This document shows positions 1 to 13,287 of a stretch of 64,000 bases of DNA, piece after piece. Each line of letters begins with the position of its first letter. Position 1 is the stretch's first letter. The stretch is from Octopus vulgaris (taxonomy: Eukaryota). Both the position numbers and the translations under genes were made by a program. A model generated the notes under the pieces. That model ran no database searches and was not told the origin of the DNA. It saw only the letters and a program-made list of their open reading frames with translations. The stretch is taken from NCBI GenBank assembly GCA_951406725.2, contig OX597818.1:4836001-4900000 (forward strand), in the 5' to 3' direction.

Positions 1-947
1 TGTGTGCATTACAGAGCATTGCGAGACAAAACAAATTAGATTATATTCTATGATGATATAATAGATACGTAATATACCACAGTGCCCTTAAATTGAACAA
101 AATAACACATGATAGAAAACGTGTTTAAAACTATTTTAAATACCTAATGTAAGCTGTCTTTATTATATCCTGGTTTTAAACTGAAATGTTTTCAATTGAT
201 TTTCGAAGTCTACTCCCCACAAAGATATGCAGTTTTGGTTTAAGTAATATTGGTATAGTTTGGCTAATCAAAAATAAAATTTCTAAAGAGTAGTTTTTAG
301 ACGAGTGTATTACTGTTAATTAATTTATTGATCTTCGAAATATAAAGAAATATAAATATAAAGAGAGGTTATATTAAAATTATCTTGATTACATAGTTGT
401 TGTTTTCCTGAAACACAGGCAGTTAAGCGGCGAGGATACAGAAACGTTGAATATCTCTATTGTAAAGAGATAAAAGTAAATTAAGCGCATGCCATTTAAT
501 TGAGGTTTACAATTTCTCAGAATTCATCAGTATTAACTTGGCTGTGATATTGAAACTGGATGGGAATTCTTTTACATTCAAGTTTAGGAAATTCAGGTTA
601 ATTTTTATTAAGTTTTACAATTTTACATTTATATTTGTCAAATGAGGATCCGGACTCTTTGATTTGACGCCTGTAACCTGTTTCAAATGAAGTTAAGAAA
701 TATCCAACGCGAGGAAAAATTTTGTGAATTAAACTTACCCTATCATATCTGGAAGCAGGAAAGGAAAGGTTGTCGTCAAGATCAGCTTTGCTTTTTTTTT
801 TACTTCCGAGGTGAATAGAACAAAAGTACCAATCTGTTACTGAAATAGATATAATCGATTATACCCTTTTTTCAAAATGTGAGACCTTGAGCCCGAATAA
901 GAAATTTTTACATTCAGTTTTCCAAGGAAGATCTACTAACAGATTGA

Positions 948-2200
948 TAGTATACTCATTTTGCACGTATTCTTTTTGCACGGTTCTGAAATAACACGGT
1001 CAAAAAAAAAGAGCCGATTATTTTTTTGCAGCATTTTTTTTTACTTTAACACGGTTTAAACATCTGTCCTTTTGTGACCACCGAATTTATAAGCAAGTGG
1101 CAAGTAAGCGATTAAGTAACATCAATCGATTATAATTTACAAAATGCCCAAACTCTACGTAATATGATTAAGTAACAATTTAGCGAAGTAAAATAGAATC
1201 TAACCTATTTTTTCTATATAGTGATCCCCTGCTCTCCGGTGTGGGCGGGACCTATGCATGGTACATACTTCTGGTTGCCTTTTACCGCTCCATCAGAAGG
1301 CTCGCGGTGGCATTCGTTAGCATCGGGTCTAATACGAAAGACGTGTCGCGTGTTTTATCCTCTGCTATATTCTTTATTTGCAATCGTGATAGTGATAACC
1401 TATCCCAAAATGTCGGTTGATACATCTAAGAAAAATAAAAGAGCATCAATTTCTTTGGAGACCAAGATCGTCTTCGTAAGGGCGAAAGTTCAGCGTCCTT
1501 GGGTAGAGATTTCTTCCTGAACACAGCTATGATAAGAACGATCAAAAGGAATGATGCTGCCATTTGAAGATTTGTAGCTTCTGGAACAAAATTATCTGCC
1601 AAGTCGTCGTCATATACAAGAGACATGATTCAAGAAAAAATGGAGAAAGCATTAATAATATTGATAGAAGAAAATAAAAAAAATGGATACCAGTAGATGG
1701 TAAAACCACAAAAAAGATGACATTACGATTTTACAAGAAGATGAATAATCTGGAGTTATCAAGTGCGTTACATCTGTCTAGTGACAAAAAGAAGAATGAA
1801 TTTGCTGCAAGCACGGGATGACTTGCAAAATTCCTCGAAAGATACTCACTGCAAAATATAAAAATGAGAGGTGAAATTTCATTGGCAGATAAGATTGCTG
1901 CTAAAGAATTTCTTCCAAAACTAGCCAAAATAATTGAAGAAGGCGGTTACATTTCAGACAAAGCTTTCAACGCAGATGAAACTGGTCATTTTTGGAAAAA
2001 ATGCCAAACAGAACGTATATATCAAAATTAGAGAAAATGGTTTTAAGGCAGCTAAAGATCGTGTAACTTTCTTGTTAAGTAGCAACGCTTCAGGAGATTT
2101 TGTTAAAACCGTTATTATTAATCGATCAGTTCGTCCGCGTGCAATGAAAGGCGTAGACTGAAGTGAATTACCAGTTCGTTGGAGAGTTAATAAAAAATCA
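948..2200 (+). mobile_element. Tigger/pogo (TIGD-like) DNA transposon relic, 3'-truncated
   Basis: Across frameshifts and stops from 1410: MSVDTSKKNKRASISLETK (CENP-B/psq HTH), EFAASTG*LAKF, KMRGEISLAD, FNADETGHFWKKMP.RTYI, GFKAAKDRVTFLLSSNASGD. These are typical Tigger transposase motifs. The copy ends where a Penelope fragment begins. Confidence 0.85.
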
Positions 2201-3105
2201 TACCTTGTATGAATATATTTTCTTTGTTTATCTGTACTTCATCTGTGGTATTCACTGAACAATGGTAGAGTGGGAAGACTTGGAATTATGGAGACTTTTT
2301 TGCACATATGTCTATGTGTCCACTCAGTGGAATCTGTCTAGTACTGGAGTCTCGTATTTGTTGTCGATGAATGGTCAGTTTCTGAGAGTAAGCTTTGTTT
2401 GACCTATGTAATCTTTCTTACATCTTGACATTTAATAGCGTATATTAAATTCTTTGAAGAACAGTTAAAATGATTTTTTTAAGGTAAAAATCTGTCCTGA
2501 TTTGAATTTGTATGTTGTGTCTTCAATAAGGTTGATGCAAGTACTGCAATTGGGGTGGCTACACTTTTTGATTGTTGGAGTGGGAATTGTGGAAGGTAAT
2601 TAAGCGCTGGTGGAGAAGTTTTTGAGGGACTTTGATTATCTTTTGCTTTTGATTATTTTGTGTATTTCGGATGTTTGTTTCCTTCTTGGATCTTGTTTTA
2701 GTAGTGGAATGTTCTGATAGATAATGTTGTAAACCTCTGTGTTTCTTGGGTTGTGTGTTGTAATAAAGGGTAGAGAACTGGATGTTTCTGGAGCGTTTTT
2801 CGTTTTTCCTAGTTCTTAAATATCTGTTGCTTTGGCACGTTCTATTCCGTTGTCTATCAATATTAATGGATATTTTAAGTAGTATTTGTTTTCATTCCTA
2901 GAGTCTTTTATTGCAAGTTTCAGAGTTTGAGACAATTGTGCAGGTTCTTCTTGCTAGATTAAATGGAATATTATTCTTCGTGAGTTTGGGATGGCATGAA
3001 GAGAATAGTAGGTATTGTTTAGAATATTTTTGTTTATAGAGGATGTCTGTTTCAATGTTCTTATCTGTTTTGATAATTAGTATGTCCAGGAATAGTAGTT
3101 GAGTT
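2201..3105 (-). mobile_element. Penelope-like retroelement fragment (RT C-terminus + GIY-YIG endonuclease)
   Basis: ORF 2898..3374 contains LFLDILI..IETDILYK..SKQYLLFSSCHP..KNNIPFNLARR. Near 2340-2470 the minus strand reads NCSSKNLIYAIKC..DYIGQT..HRQQIRD. Confidence 0.85.
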
Positions 3106-3116
3106 ATATATATATA

Positions 3117-3283
3117 TGGTAACAAACTTGCTTCCCAACCACATGATTCCAGGTTTAGTCCCGATGCGTGACACCTTGGACAAGTGTCTTCTACTATAGT
3201 CTCGGGCCGACCAAAGCCTGGTGAGTGGATTTGGTACACGAAAACTGAGAGAAACCCGTCATATATATACATACACACACACG

Positions 3284-3336
<53 letters not shown>

Positions 3337-3542
3337 ATTTGTGAGTCTATGTTTGGCTCTCCCTCCACCATCACTTAGCGGTTCGGCAAAAGGGAACAAT
3401 AGAATAAGTACTAGGCTTACAAAGAATAAGTCCTGTGGTAGATTTGTTTGACTAAAGGCGGTGCTCCAGTATGACTACATTCAAATGACTCAAAGAAGTA
3501 AAAAGAATAGAAGCAAGTAAAAAGAATAAAAAATAAAAGAAT
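3117..3542 (+). mobile_element. tRNA-derived SINE family A (octopus OR-like) with internal microsatellite, 5'-clipped
   Basis: Homologous to 14781-15240(-). Has a B-box-like ggtttagtccc, a CORE-like gacaccttggacaagtgtctt, an internal (TA)(CA)(TG) tract and an (AAAAGAAT)-type tail. Confidence 0.8.
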
Positions 3543-3568
3543 GTATACCAAACTTCATACCAGACAGC

Positions 3569-3577
3569 CACACACAC

Positions 3578-3658
<81 letters not shown>
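3569..3658. repeat. (CA)n microsatellite
   Basis: Direct inspection. Confidence 0.97.
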
Positions 3659-3662
<4 letters not shown>

Positions 3663-3729
3663 CCATTGCAGCTATTTGAATTTGTTTGAAGAATGTTCAC
3701 CACATCAGTCTTGCCAAAATCTGACTGTC

Positions 3730-4740
3730 GAAATTCTTATGTCAAAACAAAAAAAGGTAGAAATCTGAACCAACAACTCATTGCTCTCGGTGATGTCGAG
3801 GCTCTTAACTCTCTGTGACACTCAAACTCATCCGACATTAATAATGCTGGTACAGAAACCGAATCTTTGTAATCCTCAAATCGACTTGTATCATCCTTTA
3901 TACATATTCCATATTGACATTCAGACACCAAACACTTTTGATCTCTTCTCTTCTCCGTATCTAATCTATACCAAACCACTTTATAATTGTTTTCTCATCA
4001 ATTGGGTCATTCAATCACTGCCTCATTGCAAACTCTGTAATACTTTCTATCGGCTAGTTTTATGCCATCTACACTTTACAGCACATGTACTTCACATCAT
4101 TTTCAAACAACTAGGTAGGTGATTTAAATCCTCCACATCCAACACACAACAAAAGTCCAGTGCCCTAAGTCTCTCAGGTGGTTTTCTCATAGTTGTCTTG
4201 AAGTTATTCAGGTAAACATAAAGTTCTATAAACGCCTGGTGAAGCTAATTTACTCCCGCCAAAGTGAGTGGCATTTACCCAACTACATGATATCTGAAAT
4301 TACATTAATAGAACAATAAAAGGTGATTTTTTTAGCAACATAAAACCCTCAAACTATCCCGTTTTGCAGAATGCAGCCGATCCTTCTGCTATCTTGATAA
4401 ACAATACTCTACCAACTTTATATAATTCTTTTCCTCTCCCCTTCACGACAATGATAATTGTGTAAGGAGTAATCCTGCAGAGTTGCACCAACTCTATTTT
4501 GCATAGACTTCAATGCTATATCTTCCCACGTTTCTAGCTTTCACAAAGGACGTCAATTGCGAAATTATCTTTGGTCACTTCAAGACAAAGTCATCCAGCT
4601 AGCTTATCGTTCTTTATTCCGTTTGATGATGGTGTAGCTAACACAAATGAAATGTTTCTCAGTTTACCTGCATCACCTAACACTTGCTTCTTGTCCAACA
4701 AGATCATTAAAAGCACTTGTTAGTACCAGCCTACTCATCT
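3730..4740 (-). mobile_element. highly degenerate RTE-like LINE relic
   Basis: Fragmentary minus-strand translations (FAMRQ, REE..VWCL..EYV.MIQ) resemble RTE RT. Many stops. Confidence 0.3.
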
Positions 4741-4748
4741 AGGGTGCA

Positions 4749-4799
<51 letters not shown>

Positions 4800-4803
<4 letters not shown>

Positions 4804-5360
4804 TATGCAGAGCAGTGTAAAATTTATCGTTTGCATCATCCGGGGTTTATCGTCTAAGAAACATAAACGCATATCAAGGAGCATTACATTTTTCCCAATA
4901 AGAACTTCTAAATTCCTTACCTTGTCACTAATATCAGTTCCTGATTGAATTTAACGATAATACTGTTGCTAGAGTAAAGTCCTACTCAGATAATTCAACA
5001 ATTCAATTGTTGCTGCGAACGCTCAAGTATTATCAATCTCTTTTCAGTGCATGGTAGCTCTACATATACCTGCGTCATTATTTTGACCCGTAAACAAAAT
5101 GATATTCTCCGACCTACACGATCATTGAGTATTGTCATTGTTTGCAACATTTCTCCCATGAATCTCATAAGTATTTTTGACAATGTCCCAATATTGGAAA
5201 ATATAGATATGGACAACCTGTATACACACCTTTAAATAATCTAAAAAGAAATATTCTTTAAATATTTATCTTAGCTTGCATAATTGGGGTCACATTCCTC
5301 TTCCCACAAGTCAATCTGTATATGTAATTAGACGAATGGCTTTGGGCTCCACACTCGGGA
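4800..5360 (+). mobile_element. Penelope-like RT fragment
   Basis: GSSTY...ILRP, SIFDNVPI.E.ID..NLY and NLYM*LD/MALGSTLG (atggctttgggctccacactcggg, ~5336-5359) match the PLE RT QxDGxAMGSPLG region. Starts next to (TA)n at 4752-4799. Confidence 0.6.
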
Positions 5361-5445
5361 GACAAAAGGGAAAAGGACGGGAGGGCGTTGTACATGACAA
5401 AGTGGGGAAAACAATTACTTTTCAAACATAATCACATTATGTTTA

Positions 5446-5668
5446 TGTTGTGGTAGGATTCCAACCACCCTCATGTGACTAAAAGTGAACTGACACATCA
5501 ACTGACACACTGTTATAAAGTAAAGAACTGTGAGCAAGTGGATAAGCAATTCACTGTGAGCCGTTGACTGAGGGCATTGAGTCTCGTCTAATAGTAATCG
5601 TATTGCGTCGTGTAAATATTTCTTTCCTCCTGGTTCGTTAAATTATATGTACAACACCAGGATATAAA
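5446..5668 (+). repeat. putative 5' LTR of the Gypsy element
   Basis: Starts TGTTGTGG and ends just before a PBS-like TGGTGACGAG. No second copy was found to confirm the boundaries. Confidence 0.55.
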
Positions 5669-5670
5669 AG

Positions 5671-5680
5671 TGGTGACGAG
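5671..5680 (+). promoter_or_regulatory. primer-binding site, complementary to the tRNA-Ser(GCU) 3' end
   Basis: TGGTGACGAG versus the expected TGGCGACGAG (one CpG transition), lying between the putative LTR and gag. Confidence 0.7.
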
Positions 5681-8604
5681 TTGTTTGAACCTTGCGTCGG
5701 ACGTTTAATTTTTTATTATTTTGATACAAAACTAAAGAAAAAGTCGTTTTAACATGGAATTATTGGCCTCCGTGGTGCAGTTTCAACAGCAGGAACAACA
5801 ACAACAAAAGCAGTTACAACAGCAACTACGACAACAAGAAAACCAACACTTGCTGGAATTAATGTTGAAATAGTCTGAAAATACTTCAGGTTCTTACTCG
5901 TAAGACAGCGTAGCAAACTCAGTTAAAGAATTCAGCTATAATTCAGAAGAAAGGATTACCTTCTTTGCATATTTTCGAAGATACGAAGACATATTCATAT
6001 AAGAATGTAAAAATTGGTTTGATGAGAAAAAAGTACGACTACTTTTAAGAAAGTTATCCCCTGCCGAGCAATATTTTATCAAAAAATTTCAGTGATAGAA
6101 GTTCCCTGTTCAATACTTGCTGGCAATGTTTAAATTAGGTAAGAAAAGATGAGGAAGATTTCGTCACGTATGCCGGAGTTGTTAACAGAGAGTGTGAAAA
6201 ATTCAGATTAAATGAATTAACCCCGGACATGTTTAAAGTTTTGTTCAAGGGCTTACGGCAAACAAAGATGCAGATATACATTCCCGGATATTAACAAAAT
6301 TAGAACAGGACGAAAATTTAACTCTACAGGTCATAGCAGAATAATGTTAGAGGATTATAAATCTAAGACATGACGCAGATAAAATTGAAGAAAAAGGCTG
6401 CTCTCATATCCTTGCGTGTCGATCGGTAACGGATATGAAAAAGAGGAAAAATGTCAAGACCGAATCCATGTTATGGATGCAGTGGTCTACATTTTAAAAG
6501 TGATTGTCCGTTTAAAAATATAAAATGTTTCAAGTGTGGCAAGATAAATCATAAAATATCACACTGTAAAACAAAACCTAAAAAACTGTCCACCGGGAAA
6601 ATATATAACGTAAACAGGTTATCATTGACAAGAAATACGAACGAGCTCCAAAGGAAATTTGTGTATGTAAAAATTGATAGCACAAACGTAAAGTTACAAT
6701 TGGATACGGGCAGTGACATCTCGATAATGTTAACACATATACACAGAAAAAAAAATCAGGAGACCTAGATTAAAAGAAACTTCAAGACTGGCACGTGGTG
6801 TTTCAGGAAAAAATTACATTTTAATGGCGAAATGATAAATGACATTACATTTCGTGGGAAAAACCTTAAAAGCCAAAGTTTTGTGTTGAATGATACAACA
6901 AATTTATTCGGAACAGACTGGATAGAATTGTTTAATTTATGGTACTTCCCCATAAATCTTTTCTGTTAAAATGTGAATGATTTTCAGGCAATACAAATAA
7001 ATCGTCAGACGAATTTAAAAAATTCAATAGATTTTTCCTGAAGTTCTCTCTGATGAATTAGGTCTGTGCGCCAAAACGAAGGCGACATTTCAAGTAAAAG
7101 GAAACGCTATACTGGTATTTAAACAAAAACGAACTTTACCTTCCGCAGCATTAGAACAGATAAAAAGTTAGAGAGACTAGAAGAAACTGAAGTCATCCAA
7201 AAAGTGGAATATAGTCATGAGCGTCACCAACTGTGTACGCTAAGAAAAAGAATAATAAAATCAGAGTGTGTACTGATTTTTCCAGTGGTTTAAACGAATG
7301 TCTTAAAACGTGCTATTACCCGCTTCCTACTCCGGAAGATATATTTGTGAAATTAAACGTGGCAAGATATTTTCTAAATTGGATCTCTCTGACGCGTACC
7401 TACAAACTGAAGTAGATGATGAATGCTCTAAATACCTAACAATTAACACACATAAAGGACTGTATAAACAACAAATGGTTACCATTTGGCTTAAAAGTCG
7501 CACCGGCGATTTTTCAACAGACTATGGCTGCTATGTTAGCGGACAAATTTGAACCCATTCTTTATGTATGACAATGCGCTGATGTACGCACAGAGTCATA
7601 GTTCCAGCTACACTACAGAAACGATTACTTAAGGAATTTCACATTAGTCACCCAGGGATTTCGAAAATGAAATCGTTAATGAGAGGTTATGTATATTGGC
7701 CAACAATGGACTGTGACATTGAAGAAATAGTGAAAGCATGCAGAGGGTGTACCCTAGCTGCAAAAGCACTTACCACTAAATGGCAACCGTGGCCAAAAAC
7801 AGATATTCCACGGTCCAGACTGTATGTTGATTACACAGGTCCACTTAAGGGTTCATATTACCTTATTGTGGTGGACAGTTTTTCAAAGTGACCTGAAGTG
7901 CATAAGTGTAAAAAGCCGACACCTGCAGTTACGGTAAGGTTTTTACACGAATTGTTCGCCAGATATAGCATACCTGATACCGTTGTATGGAACTCAATTT
8001 ATTCAGACGAGTTGGGAAAATTTTGTAAAATGTCCGTTATCGAGCATGTTACCGCTCCGCCATATCATCTTGGGTCAAATGGATAACCGGTTGTTTCGTA
8101 GACACTTTCAAGAGGATGTTGAAAAAGGCGAACAATGAAGTAATGGACGATCTTGCACTTCAATAATTTCTAAGAGTGTACCGAGTAACACCTAATCCAA
8201 ACACCCGTCTGGGATGTCACCCGCAAAATTGATGTTTGCAAGAAAGATCAGATCTATTTTTGATAAGTTGATACCGAGTGAAAATAGAAAAAAAAGTGAA
8301 AAACAAAATACTTCAATATTCTTCAAGTTAGATGACAAAGTTGTTTTTGAAGCCTATAGATATGGTAAAGAATGCTGGGAGGAGGGTGTAATTATTAAAC
8401 AAATTGGAAGAATCATATTCCTGGTATAAAGGAAAAAAGTCGAACATAATCAATAGTCGAACATTAATCAACTTAAAAAAAGATTCACGGAAAAGAGTCA
8501 CGAGAAATAAAATCCCTATGGAAGTATTGTACAACGCGTTTGAAACTACACATTCTAGCACCAGAAAACGGAAAAGAACGGAAACACTGGATACCAACCT
8601 CAGA

Positions 8605-9060
8605 GACTTTTGTGCCGCAGGAGTCTCGGTCTTGCAGCAGTACTCTAGGGAAGTTACAATGATTTCTTTCAGGCTGTTGCTGGTGAGCTTCAACACTTTA
8701 TATAGGGTGATGCTCCTCTCTACTGTGAATATTGAAAACTTGTATATCAAGAGTGGCCTAAATCCCTGGGAGTATGCCATGCTGATAAATCCAGGCCTGA
8801 AACTTGTCAGGAAGACCTGACTTTACTATTGTGGGTATCGATGTTTCTGGCTCTTGGTAGGTTTCATGGATGGGTGCTGTATCTTTCAGACTGCTATTAA
8901 ACACCTTTCCCAGGCTCGTCACAGTTTTTTTTATTGTTTTGTTTTTGACAACCTGATATCTTTGAAAATCTTCCTTTCTGAACTGAGGTATCATTGTAGC
9001 AATTCCTCAGGAAATAATCTCTAGCTGAAACGTGTCTTGCCTTCAGCGCTGAGTTGCAAG
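8605..9060 (-). mobile_element. Hero-like (R2-superfamily) non-LTR RT C-terminal fragment
   Basis: ORF 8758..8994: VTSLGKVFNSSLKD...IVKSGLPDKFQAWIYQHGILP matches the KSLGK..SLKD/KSGLPGKFKAWIYQHGILPR motif recalled for Hero-clade RTs. Confidence 0.65.
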
Positions 9061-9469
9061 ATTATTCTAAACTGACTGAATTGTCTTTGACTCTTCCTTC
9101 TTTGGAATCTACATCTCTTCTTTATACTACCACTGATGGGTCACCGTGCCTCTCATTCAAATCACCCTCTGGATCCTCCAAAGCCTGTGGAATAAACATG
9201 TTTTATATATCTTATAAAGTAGAGAAGTTGAGAAGTTTTATACATCTTATAAAGTAGAGAAGTTGAGAAGCTGAAATTTTCTTTGCCTTCATCCCTTTTT
9301 GGATCTCTTACCTAAAATTCTTTGCCTAAAATTGGTGTAGATTGACTGATATAGGAATTACTGTGTCTTGTACTTTGTACCTTGGGAGCATGATTGCTGG
9401 TGCCTCTGAGAAGAATAGGTGATATTACCGCTGCATCTTTGCCCCAACAGCTCTGCTTATTCCCTGTCT

Positions 9470-11150
9470 CAAAAATATTGAATACTTATATTCAAGGACA
9501 CTTTTGATTTTGTATACAAAATAAACAATTTTTCTAAGAAATGAAATAATGTCGAAAACTCTTTTTTTAGTAATTATGGATGGCTCTTCAATATACTCCA
9601 ACATTGACTGTGATGAGGGCGTGGAAGCATGCATGAATGCTTTTGAAAAACTGTCAAACAGAAGTATTCCATCAAATTTTCTCTGTAAATTATTGAAGTT
9701 TATGTTACAAGTAACATAATTAAGTTTGGACAAAATTTTACCGCCAGGGTTGGGTGGAGATGCGCCATTGGTAACTCCATGTCAATTAAATTCACTAATG
9801 TCTTCATGACAAAATTTGAGCCACAGTTAATGGGGAAATTCAAATTTGGTTACGGTTCACTGATGACAATTTGTTTGTTTGTTGCAGGAGAATTTAGTTA
9901 AGAATTTGCATTCCTGCGACTGTTTCGCAAAAACTATGGCTTTGTAGTTAAAAAAATATTTTGTAAACCCACTTCATCTCAGATTTATTTTACAGCCGCG
10001 CCGAGCATCCACATCATACAATTAAGTCAACCCGAACTCTCGGATTTTAAGGATAAAATGGATTTGTACTGACATAGGGGATTATTAGAAACATATAAAT
10101 GCTTTCGTTAGTCATATAAAACATAGTTATAATGTATCACGATTGAAGGAAATCGTAAATTACAAAGATAAAATTAAAAGGAAAGTCAAACTCTCATGCC
10201 TAATTTTAGCAACCAAAATAAAATTAACGACCGAATTCCTTCATTGATTAACTGGCACCGAAATTTCGTTGGAATTCAAAGGTGTAGTATGAAAGTTACT
10301 AGCATGTTTTAGAAAAACATTTCCGTTTCAACAAATATTTCCTCATTCGCCTATTATAGCCGTTAGACATTATAAATATATAAGAGAGTTATTAACCACT
10401 AGCTCTAAACTGAATAAAATCTCCATTGGAATTTTTGAACGTTGTATCCATGAAAAAAAAAAAAAAAACAGAAAAAAGCCGCAAGGCTGCTAAATATTAC
10501 TCATTGTTGAACAACACGAGCTAAGTTATTTTCATCACAAATTATAACAGAAATGTTATGATTTATACAGAAGGTGGGACGTGTAAGGATTCTCATTTGG
10601 TGTTCGCAGCAGAATGCACCAAACACGACTTAATTTTGCTAGCTGCACAACAGAAAAATTAAATAAATTATTTAATGATCATAGATATGACACCAAGCAC
10701 AATAACAGTAGTTCGACGGAACTTGCCGAACATTTCCCATCAAACGGTTGTATATTTGAGAAACACCTTAAAGTACGCATTTTCAGAAAATATTCTGACT
10801 CCACTGCACTATAAGTCATCAAAACACATAAGGATAAAAATATTTGTGTAATACTAACGTCACGCCCTGGAGAAGTGAACAAAATGAAGGGAAAATTCCA
10901 TCACGTTTCTTTCATTATCTTTTTTTTTGTTCTTTTTACTTGTTAGAAGTTACGAAAAAGCGAAAATTGATGACGACGTTTTGTCTAAAAAGGAGCGCAG
11001 GAGATCCCAGTTTAAATTCTGAAATTCTATATTTCCGCGTTTCTGTTCTTATTTCTTATTTTTGTCATTTTAAGACAGACATATCGTCTCTGTTTATTAC
11101 AAATCGTATCTTTTTATTGTGTATTTTCTTTCGTGAAAAGTTACGTCAAT
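9470..11150 (+). mobile_element. Penelope-like retroelement (RT + GIY-YIG), degenerate
   Basis: YIQ/DTFDF, LVIMDGSSIYSNIDCDEGVEAC, CAIGNSMSIKFTNVFM, WLRFTDD (YIDD position, ~9848-9868); then GGTCKDSHLVFAAECTKH..CTTEKLNKLFNDHRYD..ELAEHF (GIY-YIG). Confidence 0.8.
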
Positions 11151-11164
11151 CTTCATAAAATTTT

Positions 11165-12075
11165 CTTATTGTTCTTATTATTTCGCTTATGCATGCTAAT
11201 TTAGTGAGGTTTGGTTACAAGTTTCCTCAAATCACAAGAATGTTTCTTAAGATTCTTGCAGAATATAGGATGGTACTTTTCTGTAGGTCGACAATGCGAG
11301 TTTCAGTTTCAAAATCTTTCAGTGTTTTAGGTAAAATTTTGGGTGTTCTGCCAAGTGTAAGAATCACTCTAGGAATAGTTATTGTCTTGGTCTTCTACAA
11401 TCTCCTCAGCCCTCTGGATAGATATTGATAGTTCTTAGGATTTTTCAGTGTTTTGGTATTGACTCTGCTATCATAGGGAATAGAAAAATCTATGAGCTTA
11501 CGCTGTTTATTTTGTTCTCTATAATCATATCTGTTTTTCTTTTGCTTCAGTAGTATGGTCAGTCTTTATGGGGAAGTCCCACATGATCTTGCAATTCTCA
11601 TTTTCTATCACAAATTCTGGTTTGTGTTCATGCCACTTTTCTGTTGTTTTGAAGTCATATACTCGGCTAGCATCCCATTGTAATTTTTTTCTATACAGTC
11701 ATGTCTTCTCTTATATTCCTTTTGTGCTAGTATACTGCATTCAAAATATATGATTGATACTTTCGTTCCATTTCCTGCAGATTCTACGTTTGCTGTCTGA
11801 CTGAGTTTTGTCCATCTTTGCTTTATCAGATTTGTTCTAAGGCATTGTTCCTGATCTGCTATAATTAGCGTTTCTGTCTCCCATTTTAAGTTTCCGTCCA
11901 TCAACCAGTGTTAGCGATCTTTACTTCCAACATTTTCGGTTTGTTGCATGAATTAATCATGTATTTCCATTTCTTTCCATTTGTTTGTTCTGTTCTTCCT
12001 TTTCCCTTCGAATTCCCCAACTGTTTCAGTCACTTTTTGGATATCTCTGGTTGCCGATAGTATACTTTCTTTACT
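11165..12075 (-). mobile_element. R4/Dong-clade non-LTR 3' fragment
   Basis: GNLKWETETLIIADQEQCLRTN, ECSILAQKEYKRRHD and KIMWDFPI.TD mark the RLE region. A degenerate (TAA) tail lies at ~11165-11180. Confidence 0.8.
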
Positions 12076-12080
12076 TGATC

Positions 12081-12272
12081 GGCACAATATCTGAAATTTT
12101 GGGGAGGGAACAGTAGATTGCATTGACCCCAGAGCTCAATTGGCACTTATTTCATCGACGACGAAATGATGAAAGGCAAAGTCCTCAGTGACATTTGCGC
12201 TCTGAACGTAAAGCCGGAAGATATCCACTAAACTTTTGTTCCCATTCTAACGATTATACAGGCTCATCGCCT
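12081..12272 (-). mobile_element. tRNA-derived SINE family B, full-length degenerate
   Basis: Minus strand ggcgatgagc..aatcgttag...gactttgcctttcatc..aaataagtgcca..ggggtcaatgcaatc..aaaatttcag. Homologous to 12401-12555, 40835-40916 and 61950-62160. Confidence 0.75.
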
Positions 12273-12325
12273 TAGCAGCAGCAGCAACAGTAGTAGTAGT
12301 AGTAGTAGTAGTTATAATAATAATG

Positions 12326-12392
<67 letters not shown>

Positions 12393-12400
12393 TAATAATA
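12273..12400. repeat. (CAG)(TAG)(TAA)n compound microsatellite (SINE B tail)
   Basis: Direct inspection. It abuts the 3' end of the SINE at 12401. Confidence 0.95.
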
Positions 12401-12555
12401 AGGTCTGAAATTTTGGGATAAGGGCCTAGTCGATTACATCGACCCCAGTATTTCACTGGTACTTAATTTATCTACCTAGAAAGTTTGAAACGCAAAGTCG
12501 ACCTCGGCGGAACTTGAGCTCAGAATGTAAAGACGGACGTAATGCCGCTAAAGCA
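12401..12555 (-). mobile_element. SINE family B, 5'-truncated
   Basis: Minus strand tgagctcaagttccgccgaggtcgactttgc...aattaagtaccagtgaaatactggggtcgatgtaatcgact...aaatttcagacct, followed by an (ATT)n tail. Confidence 0.8.
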
Positions 12556-13212
12556 AACAGCACATATTAGGTGAAAGATGACCGGATTAGGATATTCCTT
12601 CGTCTTTTCGCACTTTAGGTCTTATTCAATAGGACATCCGTTTGAACGCTTCTGAGAATTGCTCGAATTGCTATCATGCACGTAGGGTCTATCGTGAATC
12701 ACTTTGCTAACCGCACCCTTTCGCAACGGGTATGCATTTAACTGAGGCTGTACTTTGGTTTGGATAAGTTCTGATTTTCTAGCATTGTCACTTTTTGGAG
12801 TATGTTTTCTAATATAATTGTAGATGCAGGATTTTAGAAAAATACAATAATAAGCCGATAGCATCAAATATAATCGAGGCAAAAGTCGGAGTGGTGTGAG
12901 GAGATATGTCGTATAACAGAGTGTCGTGCCGGAAATAATTACTTTATTTCCGGCTGCACCAGCAAAGTTAAAATGATAACAATGACACGAACAATGGTGG
13001 ATTAAAATTGAATATAGAAAATCTAATTATGGTAGTAAAAGTTCTTTTGAACACGTATATATACATATATAACGAAATAATAACATCCACACACATCGAT
13101 GTGCGTATATGTATAAATCTATGAACATTTATATTATGTATGTACAAGCACATCCCAAAACACATACACACACACGCACAAATATATATATCATATATTA
13201 TATATATGTATG

Positions 13213-13287
<75 letters not shown>

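Larger units (their letters stand above)
5446..8600 (+). mobile_element. Gypsy/Ty3 LTR retrotransposon, Mag-like (K02A2.6-type), decayed, no 3' LTR
   Basis: Q-rich gag start at 5754; tandem zinc knuckles CYGCSGLH..C and CFKCGKINH..C; protease LQLDTGSDISI; RT IRVCTDF..YPLP..FSKLDLSDAYLQ..LPFGLKVAPAIFQ; integrase H..HPG..VYWP..CRGC, VDYTGP, LIVVDSFSK, PYHLGSNG. Domain order is PR-RT-(RH)-IN. Confidence 0.92.

Noticed and set aside
4800-10880. Idea that the Gypsy and Hero insertions split one Penelope element (4800-5360 and 9470-10880)
   Set aside because: Both pieces cover the same RT motifs with different sequences, so they are separate elements.
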